A stretch of 63,994 nt of DNA, the filler included, from Jimgerdemannia flammicorona (lineage: Eukaryota): assembly GCA_003990765.1 (NCBI GenBank). It is 3 parts of 3 records of this genome, joined end to end, with 100 filler letters (N's around TTAATTAATTAA, not from the genome) between each part and the next. Parts side by side here need not be neighbours in the genome. Positions count along the whole stretch, not along the records: positions 1 to 21,540 come from RBNJ01001432.1; 2 more parts are not named here. One strand, given 5' to 3'. Below the pieces are notes generated by a model that was not told where the DNA came from, did not search any database, and saw nothing but the letters and a program-made list of their open reading frames with translations. A program made the position numbers and the translations under genes. Positions within the stretch are counted from its first letter, which is position 1, and every line of letters starts with the position of its first letter. This document shows, piece by piece, positions 1-10,839 of this stretch.

Positions 1-105
1 TATGAAATTATAGAGAAATATTAAAAGAATAATTATAATAAGTTTTAAATATATATCTCAATTTATTGTCTATCTATTAAATAAAGAATATTTATAAATA
101 ATTTG

Positions 106-318
106 GTTCCAAAACTGAACCAATAAAATTTTTTTTTTAGATTTTTTTTTAAAGATAAAATAAAAATTTAAAAACAATAAATTTAATATTTTTAAATATC
201 TCTAATATAAAACTATAATATATTATAATATAAAATATATTTATTTAGAGTATTTTTATTAAAATAATTAAAATATAAAATTTAATAAAACATTGGTTCA
301 GTTTTGGAACATACTGTA
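106..318. mobile_element. Tc1/mariner-like terminus or MITE remnant
   Basis: Perfect 19-bp inverted repeat GTTCCAAAACTGAACCAAT (106-124 vs 292-310). The right end on the minus strand reads TA-CAGTATGTTCC, matching the TA|CAGT start typical of Tc1/mariner TIRs. Confidence 0.4.
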
Positions 319-320
319 AT

Positions 321-1136
321 TGGTAAGACCTAGTTCTCTCTGATGAGATAAGTGAAGAACTTATATATAGGGCAAGAGAAGACCCCTGATATGTATGTAT
401 CTCACTACTTAAGTCTGTAGATCTTAATTATATTACTATATTAACTCTTGATTCTAATTAAGTATAGCCTAAATATCTAACTTAAGTAGCCTCAGACTCT
501 CTAATAACTCTAAACAATCAGAGTCTAATCTCATATATTATAGAATAATACCTACTATTTAACTATCTAATATCAATCAGAAGGTCCCACTGATATAATA
601 TTTATAATAACCCTGATAACTATTACTAGTCTAATACTACTAGTTCACTATTATTATCTTTTTATCTATCTGGAATGACTGTCTTCTCTTTCATCTTAAT
701 ACTATTTAAAAAGCAGTCATTTATATCAGAACTATACTTACTGAAAAGCTCATCAAAGCTCAGAGAGTTTCACTACAGATATTAAGAATCTGTAGATAAT
801 CTTTACTAGTACTAGATATCTAAGGTTGGCCAACTCTCTATATAGTCTATAATCTACTAAGATAATATCTTATTAATAATAATAAAAGAAAAAAGATACT
901 ATACTAAAACAAGTATATTCTAAATATAGTCAGAGATATTAGAAACTGTAAAAAAGTAAAGAAAATACTGATCTGATACTAATAAAGAGGCAACTCATCA
1001 CCATTGCCTCTTTCTACTATCCTACAATAGATATAGCAAACTAACTTAAGATAAAAAGAATGAAAGTTATAAAAAAGAGACTCAGAAGATTACTTACTAA
1101 TATCTTGTAACTGGTATAATAGTGGAGAAAGGGGCA
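321..1136 (-). mobile_element. Heavily hypermutated copy of the ~1.2 kb SINE-like family
   Basis: Colinear with 32570-33389 and 43620-44470 (e.g. GGCAACTCATCACCATTGCC, and GAGAAAGGGGCA at the same end). Differences are almost all C>T or G>A. Confidence 0.75.
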
Positions 1137-1297
1137 TATCTCTTTTATATTATTATTACTTTATATATTATTATAAAAAAATATATTAAAGTTAAAGTAA
1201 TAATTTTATTTATTTATCTCTTTAATTTTTTATATTATTAAATACTACTTTTAGTAATATTTTAGAGTATTTATAATTATTTATTATATATATCTAG

Positions 1298-2812
1298 TGT
1301 CACATAGTGGTCGCTGAGTCCTTCAAATATGCCAGATTCTCTTTAAGGTATATCTCTTAGACTAACTCAGTTTGTTATAAGCAAGTTCTTATTGGAGTGC
1401 CTTTCCAAGGTCTTATAGTCCTCAAACTTCTTATCTTTAACTATCTTGTTATCTCTTAGATGGCTTGCAAGGAAGTGTATGTAAATGAAACTGGAACTGA
1501 CTTTATTTCAGAGGAAATAAGAGGGGTATTTATACAAAATATAATTCAATGATTGCTAAGATATAAAGCTAAATATAAATTTCAATAACTAAAACTACCA
1601 AGTTCCAGGGCTGGCATTATTTAGTATCACATCAAAATGCCAGTGCTGGAACAATTTCATGTCACCTCAGAATACCAGTGCTGGCATTATTCAGTGTTAC
1701 ATGAGAATACCGGTGCTGGCATTATCCAGTATAATAAAGAACTTAGAGCAGAAAGTTCAGGATCATGGGGGCTTCATCATCATCATCACTGAAGGAGATG
1801 AGATCTGCGAATTCATCATGTAGGTCGTGCATTTTGCATACTTCGTATACTTTAGGTATGTTGCATGAGATGACATCATTGATGACGTCATCACGTTTGG
1901 CTGTGGTGGGGAAATCGGGAACAAGATCTGGAGCTCTCCAGTCTATAAGGTTCTCTTCCACAAAATAAGGAACAAATGTGGGGTCTTGGGGAGGTCTAAT
2001 CTGGATGCTTGGGCCTTAAAATACTGAGATCAATTCTTACAGGAATTGGTCTGGGTTGTCCTGAAGAATAGGATGCTAGAAGTCTTCTACTTCTTCGCTG
2101 TTGAGGGTAATAGTGAACTGGGCTTCTGTAGCCACCCTGGCTTCTAGCGCATTGATACGGTGGGATGACAGGTCTCTGAAGTCTAAGACTCTAACATACT
2201 CCAAGTTGGGGATCGACCATGGTGCATGCCTAAAGATCTGATGGATCTTCTTAGCTGTCCTTGTTTTACATATATCCATGGGAGTGGCATCTTGTAGCTC
2301 TTGGGTGCTGGTCTGTGGAAACTTCCAGCAGAAGAGGTTTCCTATTTCATACTCCTGCCACATTTGGAGGCATTCAGTGGCAATAGTGATCCTTGTTTCC
2401 ATTTTACAGTAGTAGAGGATAAAGTGATAGGGGTCTGCAGTACCCAGGTTAACACTAGGAGTCCTTCTTGAGCAGGTCCTCATGGCTCTTCTGATGTCTT
2501 GGAACATCCTTTCTTTGACTAAGATACCTTGGTAGTTCCTTGACCTTGAGGTTTGGCAGGCAGCAGGTATTTTGTTTGTGATAAGTCTTTGAGCTATTTT
2601 GGGATTGGTGGTTCTTGTTGGTTGCTGCTACTGCGGTTCCTTGATCCTTCTTTTATATTCTTCAGAATGCTTGTGCTGTGGTCACAATGACTCACAGTAG
2701 GTCATCATTGCTCATCTTGTATGCTATATGATCTTCTTGTGCTCTAATCTGGTGGCTTGCAAGGAAAGGCTGTCTCCTGTGCTGATGTCATTATTCTGGA
2801 GTCACCGTTACA
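1298..2812 (-). repeat. 3' LTR of element A
   Basis: TG...CA ends; direct repeat of 8487-10003. Adjacent PPT (minus strand AGGAGAAAGA, 2813-2822). TATAAATACCCC followed by AATAAA near 1500-1535; ~33-bp tandem repeats GCTGGCATTAT...AATACCAGT at ~1608-1735. Confidence 0.93.
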
Positions 2813-3150
2813 TCTTTCTCCTGAATAAGGATCTTCCTGAGTATCCTTATTCATTGGTCCAGTCCTGAAAAATTTGCTGATCCCATAACATCTGGCAAGG
2901 GGTCAAAAGTGGTGTTTATGGGCTGGTGTCTTCTCTTTATATTTTGGCATGATAGTGAAGAGTCACTCCCTTCATATAGAGCAAGGGCCTGATTCTGATC
3001 TTGACTAATCAGTTGATGGTTTGAACTCCTCTAACTTCGAAAGTCTCACAGATGAGTAGTTACCAGTACCATATCTCTTAGAGAATGGTCCAGACAGATA
3101 GCCTACTGGTTACAGGACATGCTATTATGATTTGCGAACTAGAACCTCAT
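1743..3150 (-). pseudogene. Extra ORF3 of element A, running from behind integrase across the PPT into U3; unknown protein
   Basis: One frame from ~3140 to 1743 contains ORFs 2076-2507 and 1743-1961. The 5' LTR copy (8934-9674) keeps the same frame but has different stops. Confidence 0.7.
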
Positions 3151-3179
3151 AGGCGGTCATCATGTTTTACTTCTCTTAT

Positions 3180-5860
3180 ATAGGTTCATAGTACTTCTTG
3201 AGTTTGTTCCTATGTACTGTGGTGGGCAGTATGGTCTCTGAGAGTTTTCTAAGCTAGAAGGTAGTTCCCTTGTTATCTTGCACATAGAAGGGTCCTTCCC
3301 ATTTGAGCTTCAGTTTTCATGACCATAAGGCTTCTACCATATTTTGGTACAGTAGAACCTTTTCTCTAATTCAGATGGGTTCTAGGGTCTTGTGATTCTT
3401 TTCTGCATTCTTTCTTGTCAGTACTTGTGACTTGGTGATATAATCTTCAGCCTTCTTCCTGATTTGATGTAGTCTCTGGATTTCTGCATCAACCCGTCTC
3501 TAAGTTAGGTCTAGATTTGTGGCTGAGGTTCCATCAGAATCTTCTTCTCCAAAGAGTAGCTCTCTTGGGGTAAAATGTGTGCTCTGTGACCGTATGTCTT
3601 GTAGAATAGAGAGGGCAGTTGGGAGATAGTTATCCCAATTCTCATATGTCTCTGAGATCTTTGCTAGGATGTTTTTGAGGGTCTTGTTGGTTCTTTCTGT
3701 CTGTCCATTTCTTTGAGGGTGGTATATAGTGGTCTTGATGTGCTGGATCTTGTATTTCTGATACATTATCTCATAGAATCTATTGACAAATTCCATTCCA
3801 CAGTCTGTTGTGATTTGCTTTAGTGTCTTATAGCAGCAGATGATTTCTCAGTGCAGGAAGTTGGCTATAGAGAGGGCATTGGCTTCTTGTAATACTCCTG
3901 CCTCTATCCATTTGGTGAAGAGGTCTACAATAACTATAATATAGCAGTTTCCTGATAGTGTTACTAATAGTGGTCCAATGATATCCATTGTGATGTGGTG
4001 GAAGGGGATAGGCTTGATTCTTGATGACCCAGGTGCCTGGTCTTGCTAATCTTGTTTCTGTTTTTGGTACTTGTCACACCCTTTGACAAATTGGCACAGG
4101 TCTTCTTCTATCTTGGGCTACCACATGGTTCTTCTTGCCTTGTCATATGTGTTGGTTCCTCCTAAGTGTCCTTGCTCATGTACTTCCTTTATTACTTGAT
4201 ACTTCTTATGTTTGGATATTACCAGCTTTCCTTCTTTTCTGAGTGTAGTGTTGTCTAATTCAAACTGTTTCCAAGTCTGGTTAATGATGGTGATTGTCCA
4301 GAGTTTGAGGTGGTTGGGCATCTTCCACTGCCCAAGATAGCTGATTAATCCATAGTATAGCTCCTTATTCATATTGAATAGTCTTGATGGGGGTGTTTCG
4401 GAGTGTCCTCAAGAGTGCATCAGCATTGGTGTTGATCTTTCCTGAGTAGTGCTTGACAGTACAGTTATACTCTTGCAGCCTGTAGATCCATCTGGCATAT
4501 ATTCCTTTGGGGTTCAGAGTGTGGAATAGCCAGGCAAGAGTGGAATGGTCTGTTTGAATGGTGAAGTATTTCTCAGCTAGATAGTAGTAGAACTTGTCTA
4601 CTGCCCAGACTACTACTAAGCATTCAAGCTTACATAACTCGTAGTTCTGTTCTACTCCATAGGTACCTCGGCTTGCATAGGAGATGACATATTTATGTTT
4701 GTCTTTCTTCTGAGCTAGGACTGCTCCAAGTCCTATAGTACTCGCATCTGTCTGCAGGATGAATTCTAGATTCCAGTCTGGTCTTCTGAGGATGGGTGCT
4801 TGGGTCAACCTGATCTTGAGTTCATTGAAGATTTCTTGGCACTCCTTGGTCTATTCGAATTTGGTCTCCTTCTTCAGTAGCTCATAGATAGGTGCTACAA
4901 TGTTGGAGTATTCTTTGATGAATCTTCTGTAGTAGCTGGCCAGTCCAAGGAAGGTGTGGACTTCTGTGGTTGTTCTGGGTCTCGGGTAGGCTGCAACAGC
5001 CTTAATCTTTATGGGGTCTGTGTAGATTCTGGTCTGATTGATGAGGTGTCCTAGATAGGTGATTTCTTAAGCTGCAAACTTGCATTTCTTGGGCTTGATG
5101 TAGAGGCCATGCTCCTTGAGCCTCTTGAGGGCTAGCTGTATGTGATTGACATATTCCCATACAGTATTGCTGAAGATAATCACATCATCAACATAGACAA
5201 AGAGCCATTTTCCAATCTCATTGCTGAAGACTCTGTTCATTATTTGCTGGAAACTTACTGGGGCATTGCACATTCCAAATAGCATTCGCAGGTAGATATA
5301 GGTGGCATCAGGTATAATGAAGGCTGATTTCTCACTGGTATCTTGAGTGAGACCAATCTGATGGAAGCCTGAGAACAGATCCAAGGTGGTGTAGTATTTA
5401 GCTTTGCTTCCAAGGGTGGTAAGGATTTCTTGAATATTCGGCAAGGGCTGCCTATCCTTCTTGGTGATGGCATTGAGCTTCCTATAGTCAATGCAGAGTC
5501 TTGGTACAAACTCTCCAGACTTGCTTCCTTTCTTCGGGGCTAGGACAATGGGTGAGGCCCAGGGGCTGATAGCTTGCTTGATGATTCTGGCTTCTTCTAT
5601 TTCCTTGAGTTCTGCTTGCAGCCACTCTCTGTAGGCAGATGGTATGGGTCTGGCTTTCTGGTAGATGGGCTTAGTATCACCAGTGTCAACTTCATAGTAG
5701 TACTTGGGTTTTTGATTGTGGATATCTCTGAAGTCCATAGCAAGTACTCCTTCATTCTGGTACAGGATCTTGAGAAGTTGTTTCTCTAGGGGAAAGTTTT
5801 CTCTAATGATATATGTGTGCTTGTTCTGGTCCTTGTCTTTCTTATACTCAAGTTTGGTAA
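3180..5860 (-). pseudogene. pol of element A: RT, RNase H, integrase
   Basis: RT: SPWASPIVL, RLCIDYRKLN, LDLFSGFHQI, YVDD. RNase H: FILQTDAS, IQTDH. Integrase: YHPQRNGQTERTN, WEGPF. Confidence 0.93.
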
Positions 5861-5869
5861 TCTTGGTGG

Positions 5870-6290
5870 TAGTATAGACTCCTCTTCCAGTAGATCCAAA
5901 GCCTTGTTCTCCTCTCTTGGTCTTGATGAGTTCGATGGCTTCTATGATCTTGGGCTTCTTAATTTTGTAGATCAGCATCTGGCCAATCCTGTCATGCTTC
6001 TTGACTTCGAAGGGGGTGGTGTGGTTGTGATTTCTGACTATGAGAAAGATCTTGCTAGTGTAATCAGAGTCAATTACTCCTCCTTCAACTAAGATTTCAC
6101 TTTTGGCCAGACTGCTCCTGGTCTTGATAATTCTGGCATGGTTTTCTAGTAACTTGACTCCAATTCCAGTGCCAAGTAGAGTGGTGGTCTGTGGTTCAAG
6201 GGTAGCATCTTGAATGCTGGCAAGGTCCATTCCTATGGCTCCTTCAGTCTTGTATTCTGGGATCTTGACTTTGGGGTGTCTGATTCTTGT
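5870..6290 (-). pseudogene. dUTPase domain between protease and RT (element A)
   Basis: dUTPase motifs GMDL, RSSLA, GGVIDSDY, DRIGQM, RGEQGFGSTG, in frame with RT. Confidence 0.92.
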
Positions 6291-6637
6291 TCCTCCTCAT
6301 CATTGCTATTAGCTTGAAGCTCTGGGGGCTGGTCATCTTCTTTGGCTTTCCTTTTTGCTTTGGTAGCTTCTTGCTCATATTTCTGTTGGCAGATTTTCCT
6401 GACTTCACTGATACAGGACTAGCAGTTATTTAGGTGTTCGGAGCAGTACATCCTAGTACCATGGGAGCATCTTCCTTGAGGGGCATAGCCATCGATGATC
6501 TTATTGTACCACTGCTCATCTGTGAGCTTGGGTGTCTTGCTTTTGTTCTTATTCACTGAGTGTATGAAGACCTCTGTGTCTTCTTCATCTCCTTCCTTTA
6601 TGTCTGGTAGGACTTCTTTGTAGACATTGATAGAGAC

Positions 6638-7000
6638 TCATACCTTTCTTCCTCTGTAGTTGATCTGTATCTTCTGGGCATTGAGGTCAATGATGGCCTT
6701 GGCCTTGTAAAGCCATTGGTTGCTAATGAGGATGTCATAGTTGGTGGTGCTTGTAACAATCACATCTATTGGGATGATGGCTCCTCCTATCTTGATGGGG
6801 ACTTTTTGGATTTTACCAAGGGGGGTAGCTTGTGTACTGTCTGCTGTGACATAGACCATCTTGGTGGACTCTTCAATATCCCAACCTAGGCAGTCAATTG
6901 TCTTCTTGCTCATGAGGTATCCTCCAGCGCCAGTATCAATGATAGCATCAAAGATACAGTCTTCGATCTGGCAGAAGGTATAGGCTGATGTCTTGTGCTG
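6638..7000 (-). pseudogene. Retroviral-type aspartic protease (element A)
   Basis: AIIDTGA catalytic motif and YDILI(S/G)NQWL. Confidence 0.88.
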
Positions 7001-7325
7001 GTCTTTGGATTCTTCACCTGAGTTCTTGGATTCTTCCTGTGCATTGTGAGCTTCTACAATCTTGTACTCTTGATTCTTGGTAGTAGTTGCAAGTCCTACT
7101 CTCAACTACTGTCTGAAGGCAGGGACTTCAGCTAGCTGTCCAAAAGTGGCATTGACCTTCTGTTTCTTGGGGTCCTTATAGATGTCATACTGGTGGATCT
7201 TGGTCTTGCACAGCTTCTGTTCCTTCTTGCTTTCGCTTTCTCCTGAGACTGGAGTAGTGCCTTCTATGATTTGGTGGACAGCTTCATCTAACTCCATATC
7301 TTGATCAATCTCCTTGGGTTGAGTT

Positions 7326-8370
7326 TTACTTTGAATAGTGATAGCTAGGGGTCTTCTTTGGTCTTCCAACTGGCTTGCTATTGCTCTTCTTGTCATAGAG
7401 CTTGGACCGGGTTCTGGTACCTTCAGTAGCAGGGTAGAATTTAAGCTCCTCATAGTATTCTTCATCATCAGTATCACCAATCTCCTTGATGACTACTGCA
7501 TTGGTTTGTTCTCTGGTTCTGCTAACATTGCTTGATTGGGCTTTGCATCTTGTTTCAGTCATGCAACTCTTTACATAGTGGCCTTCTTCTCCACATCTGA
7601 AGTATGTGATATTGCATTCTTCTATAACAGCTGCAAATCTCTGCACTAGTCTCCTGTTGGTGCTTCGGGCTTCTCTAACAACATCACCAAGGTGTGCAGT
7701 CATCTCGGCAAACTACTTGGCAAGTTCCTCCACTGGGTCAGCTTTGGCTGTCTTGGGGGTAGGTGGGGCTGGTTGTCTGTTTACGACTGTGGCAGGTAAG
7801 ATACTAGTTGGCTTTGATGGCTCCATCTTGATGTCAGTTATTTTCTCCATTGAGTGTTTGGCAGGGTGTCTGGCAGTCCAATATCTCTGTACAAAGACCA
7901 CTTTCTGATCAAGGGTCAGTGCAGCTGGGGTAGACTGGATTGCTAGGGCAATTTCAGGGTGAACTCCTTTGAGGAAGGTTGAATCCACTATTTGTTCCTT
8001 GAGGCAGTCATTATAGCTAGTCAAGACAATCTGGTGGCAAATTTGGGTATAGAATGAGTTGAGATCTTCACTAAGTCCCTAGCAGATAGTGTTGAGTTGA
8101 TCCTTGAGAGCTTGCTTGATCTCTTTGGTATAATATGTTGTTCTGAGAAAGACCTTCATGTTGGTAAGTTTGGCTGCACCAGCATCAGCAATGGTAGTTG
8201 CATTGAACTTATCTCTGGTAGGTCCTCTGAGGCTGACTGGTAGAAGGGCCAATTGAGTATCTACACCAAGGGCTCATATGGCAGCGAATTGTTCAAAGTC
8301 TTCAATGAAGGTCAGGATTGACTCTTCAGTAGTATATCTATAGAATGTGGGAGGATGCATTTCCATCTTG
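7326..8370 (-). pseudogene. gag of element A
   Basis: PPTFY-type gag start near 8350; decayed zinc knuckle YFRCGEEGHYVKSC; position directly after the PBS. Confidence 0.75.
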
Positions 8371-8467
8371 TCTTGAATTCTTGTAGGGGTGACTCTTGTA
8401 GTCAGGGTAGTTATTGTGGGGGTTGTTCATTTTTCAGCTTGAAAGTGAGGGATTCGTCTTGAATCAC

Positions 8468-8483
8468 CAGCCAATAGACACCA
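8468..8483 (-). promoter_or_regulatory. Primer-binding site of element A (TGGTGTC...; priming tRNA not identified)
   Basis: TGG-initiated motif 3 nt inside the 5' LTR. Confidence 0.65.
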
Positions 8484-8486
8484 AGT

Positions 8487-10003
8487 TATCACATAGTGGT
8501 CGCTGAGTCCTTCAAATATGCCAGATTCTCTTCAAGGTGTATCTCTTAGACTAACTCAAGTTTGTTATAAGCAAGTTCTTATTGGAGTGCCTTTCTAAGG
8601 TCTTATAGTCCTCAAACTTCTTATCTTTAACTATCTTGTTATCTCTTAGATGGCTTGCAAGGAAAGTGTGTATAAATGAAACCGGAACTGACTTTATTTT
8701 AGAGGAAATAAGAGGGGTATTTATACAAAATATAATTCAATGGTTACTAAGATATAAAGCTAAATATAAATTCCAATAACTAAAACTACCAAGTTCCAGG
8801 GCTGGCATTATTTAGTATCACATCAAAATACTGGTACTGGAACAATTTCGCATCACCTCAGAATACCAGTGCTGGCATTATCCAGTATTACATGAGAATA
8901 CCAGTGCTGGCATTATCCAGTATAACAAAGAACTTAGAGCAGAAAGTTCAGGATTATGGGGGCTTTATCATCATCATTATTGAAGGAGATGAGATCTGCG
9001 AATTCGTCATATAGATCATGCGTTTTGCATACTTCGCATGCTTCAGGTATATCATGCGGGATGATGTCATCGATGACATCATCACGTTCAGTTGTGGCAG
9101 GGAAATTGGGAACAAGATCTGGAGCTCTCCAGTCTATGAGGTTCTCTTCCACAAAATAAGGAACAAATGTGGGGTCTTGGGGAGGTCTAACCTGGATGCT
9201 TGGGCCTTGGAATACTGAGATCAATCCTTGCAGAAATTGGTCTGAGTTGTCCTGAAGGATAGGATACCAGAAGTCTTCTACTTCTTCGCTGTTGAGGGTG
9301 ATAGTGGACTGGGCTTCTGTAGTCACCCTGGCTTCTAGCGCATTGATATGGCGGGATGACAGATCTCTGAAGTCTGAGACTCTAACATACTTCAAGTTGG
9401 GGATTGACCATGGTACATGTCTGAAGATCTGATGGATTTTCTTAGCTGTCCTCATTTTGTATATATCCATGAGAGTGGCATCTTATAGCTCTTGGGTGCT
9501 GGCCTGTAGGAACTTCCAGCAGAGAAGGTTTCCTATTTCGTACTCCTGCCACATTTGGAGGCATTCGGTGGTAATGGTGATCCTTGTTTCCATTTCACAG
9601 CGGTAGAGGATAAAGTGATAGGAGTCTGCAGTACCCAGGTTGATACTAGGAGTCCTTCTTGAGCAGGTCCTCATGGCTCTTCTGATGTCTTGGAATATCC
9701 TTTCTTCAACTGAGATATCTTGGTGGTTCCTTGACCTTGAGGTTTAGCAGGCAGTAGGTATTTTGTTTGTAATAAGTCTTTGAGCTATTTTGGGATTGGT
9801 GGTTCTTGTTGGTTGCTGCTACTGTGGTTCCTTGATCCTTCTTTTATATTCTTCAGAATGCTTGTGCTGTGGTCACAATGACTCACAGTTGGTCATCATT
9901 GCTCATCTTGTATGCTGTATGATCTTCTTATGCTCTGATCTAGTGGCTTGCAAGGAAAGGCTGTCTCCTGTGCTGATGTCATTATTCTGGGGTCACCATT
10001 ACA
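8487..10003 (-). repeat. 5' LTR of element A
   Basis: Direct repeat of 1298-2812, followed by the TSD CTAG. Confidence 0.93.
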
Positions 10004-10839
10004 CTAGATAGTATTTAATATAGTGGTAGAAATATTTTATAATTTAAAAAATATTTATTAAAAATAATTCAGTAAATAATATTTAATAATAAATATTATA
10101 TATAATATATACATATTATCTCTTTTAATTTATTTAGATATTTGACTTTTATAAACTCAACTTACTAATATAAATATATTTTTATGTATTCTTTATAAAT
10201 GTCTTTATTTTCAATATTTGACCAGGTTTAGTTTGGGTTTTGGGTTCATTTAAGGGCAAGTGAGATTTTTGCCACCGTGATTTTGGAATTCCATGATATC
10301 ATATTGCTATCTAGTGACGTTTACTTTTAAGATGGGACTGTTGATTTCGCGACATGTCAAACATACTTTTCGTGGCGCAAACTTGTTAGGAATGTTGTGA
10401 TCTTTTCTGAAATAGGTCGAATGACGTAAGTTACATAATCGACGTGTAATACACGAGGTTCCGGCCACCAGGGTTTATTGTAGTATTAAAAAATTGGTTA
10501 CATTTTCAATTCTCTCAACCCAGAACATAGTTTAATGTTTAATGTATGATATGTTCAAAAGAACAATGTCCGAATAACAGCTATGTATACGCATACGATT
10601 ATAACGAGAATTTGAACTCGTCACTCGTGCAGGTAACACACGCTCGTACTTAGATAAACATGCTTACTACAAGAGGGAATCATGTGAGGTTTGGAAGTTG
10701 AAAAGGGTTAACAGTCGCCATTTTCAGGAAATGTTGAAGGACCTGCTGCGGAGTTCCGGGGTAAATAAGGACCTTGCGAAAATGATTTTCTCTTCTGCGA
10801 ATTCTTCTCTCGATTACAGTATATACCTCTACATCTTAT

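Larger units (their letters stand above)
1298..10003 (-). mobile_element. Ty3/Gypsy LTR retrotransposon A (full length, degenerate, dUTPase-bearing, no chromodomain)
   Basis: Paired ~1.5 kb LTRs; 4-bp TSD CTAG (1294-1297 and 10004-10007); PBS and PPT; domain order gag-PR-dUTPase-RT-RH-IN; many stops. Confidence 0.95.
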
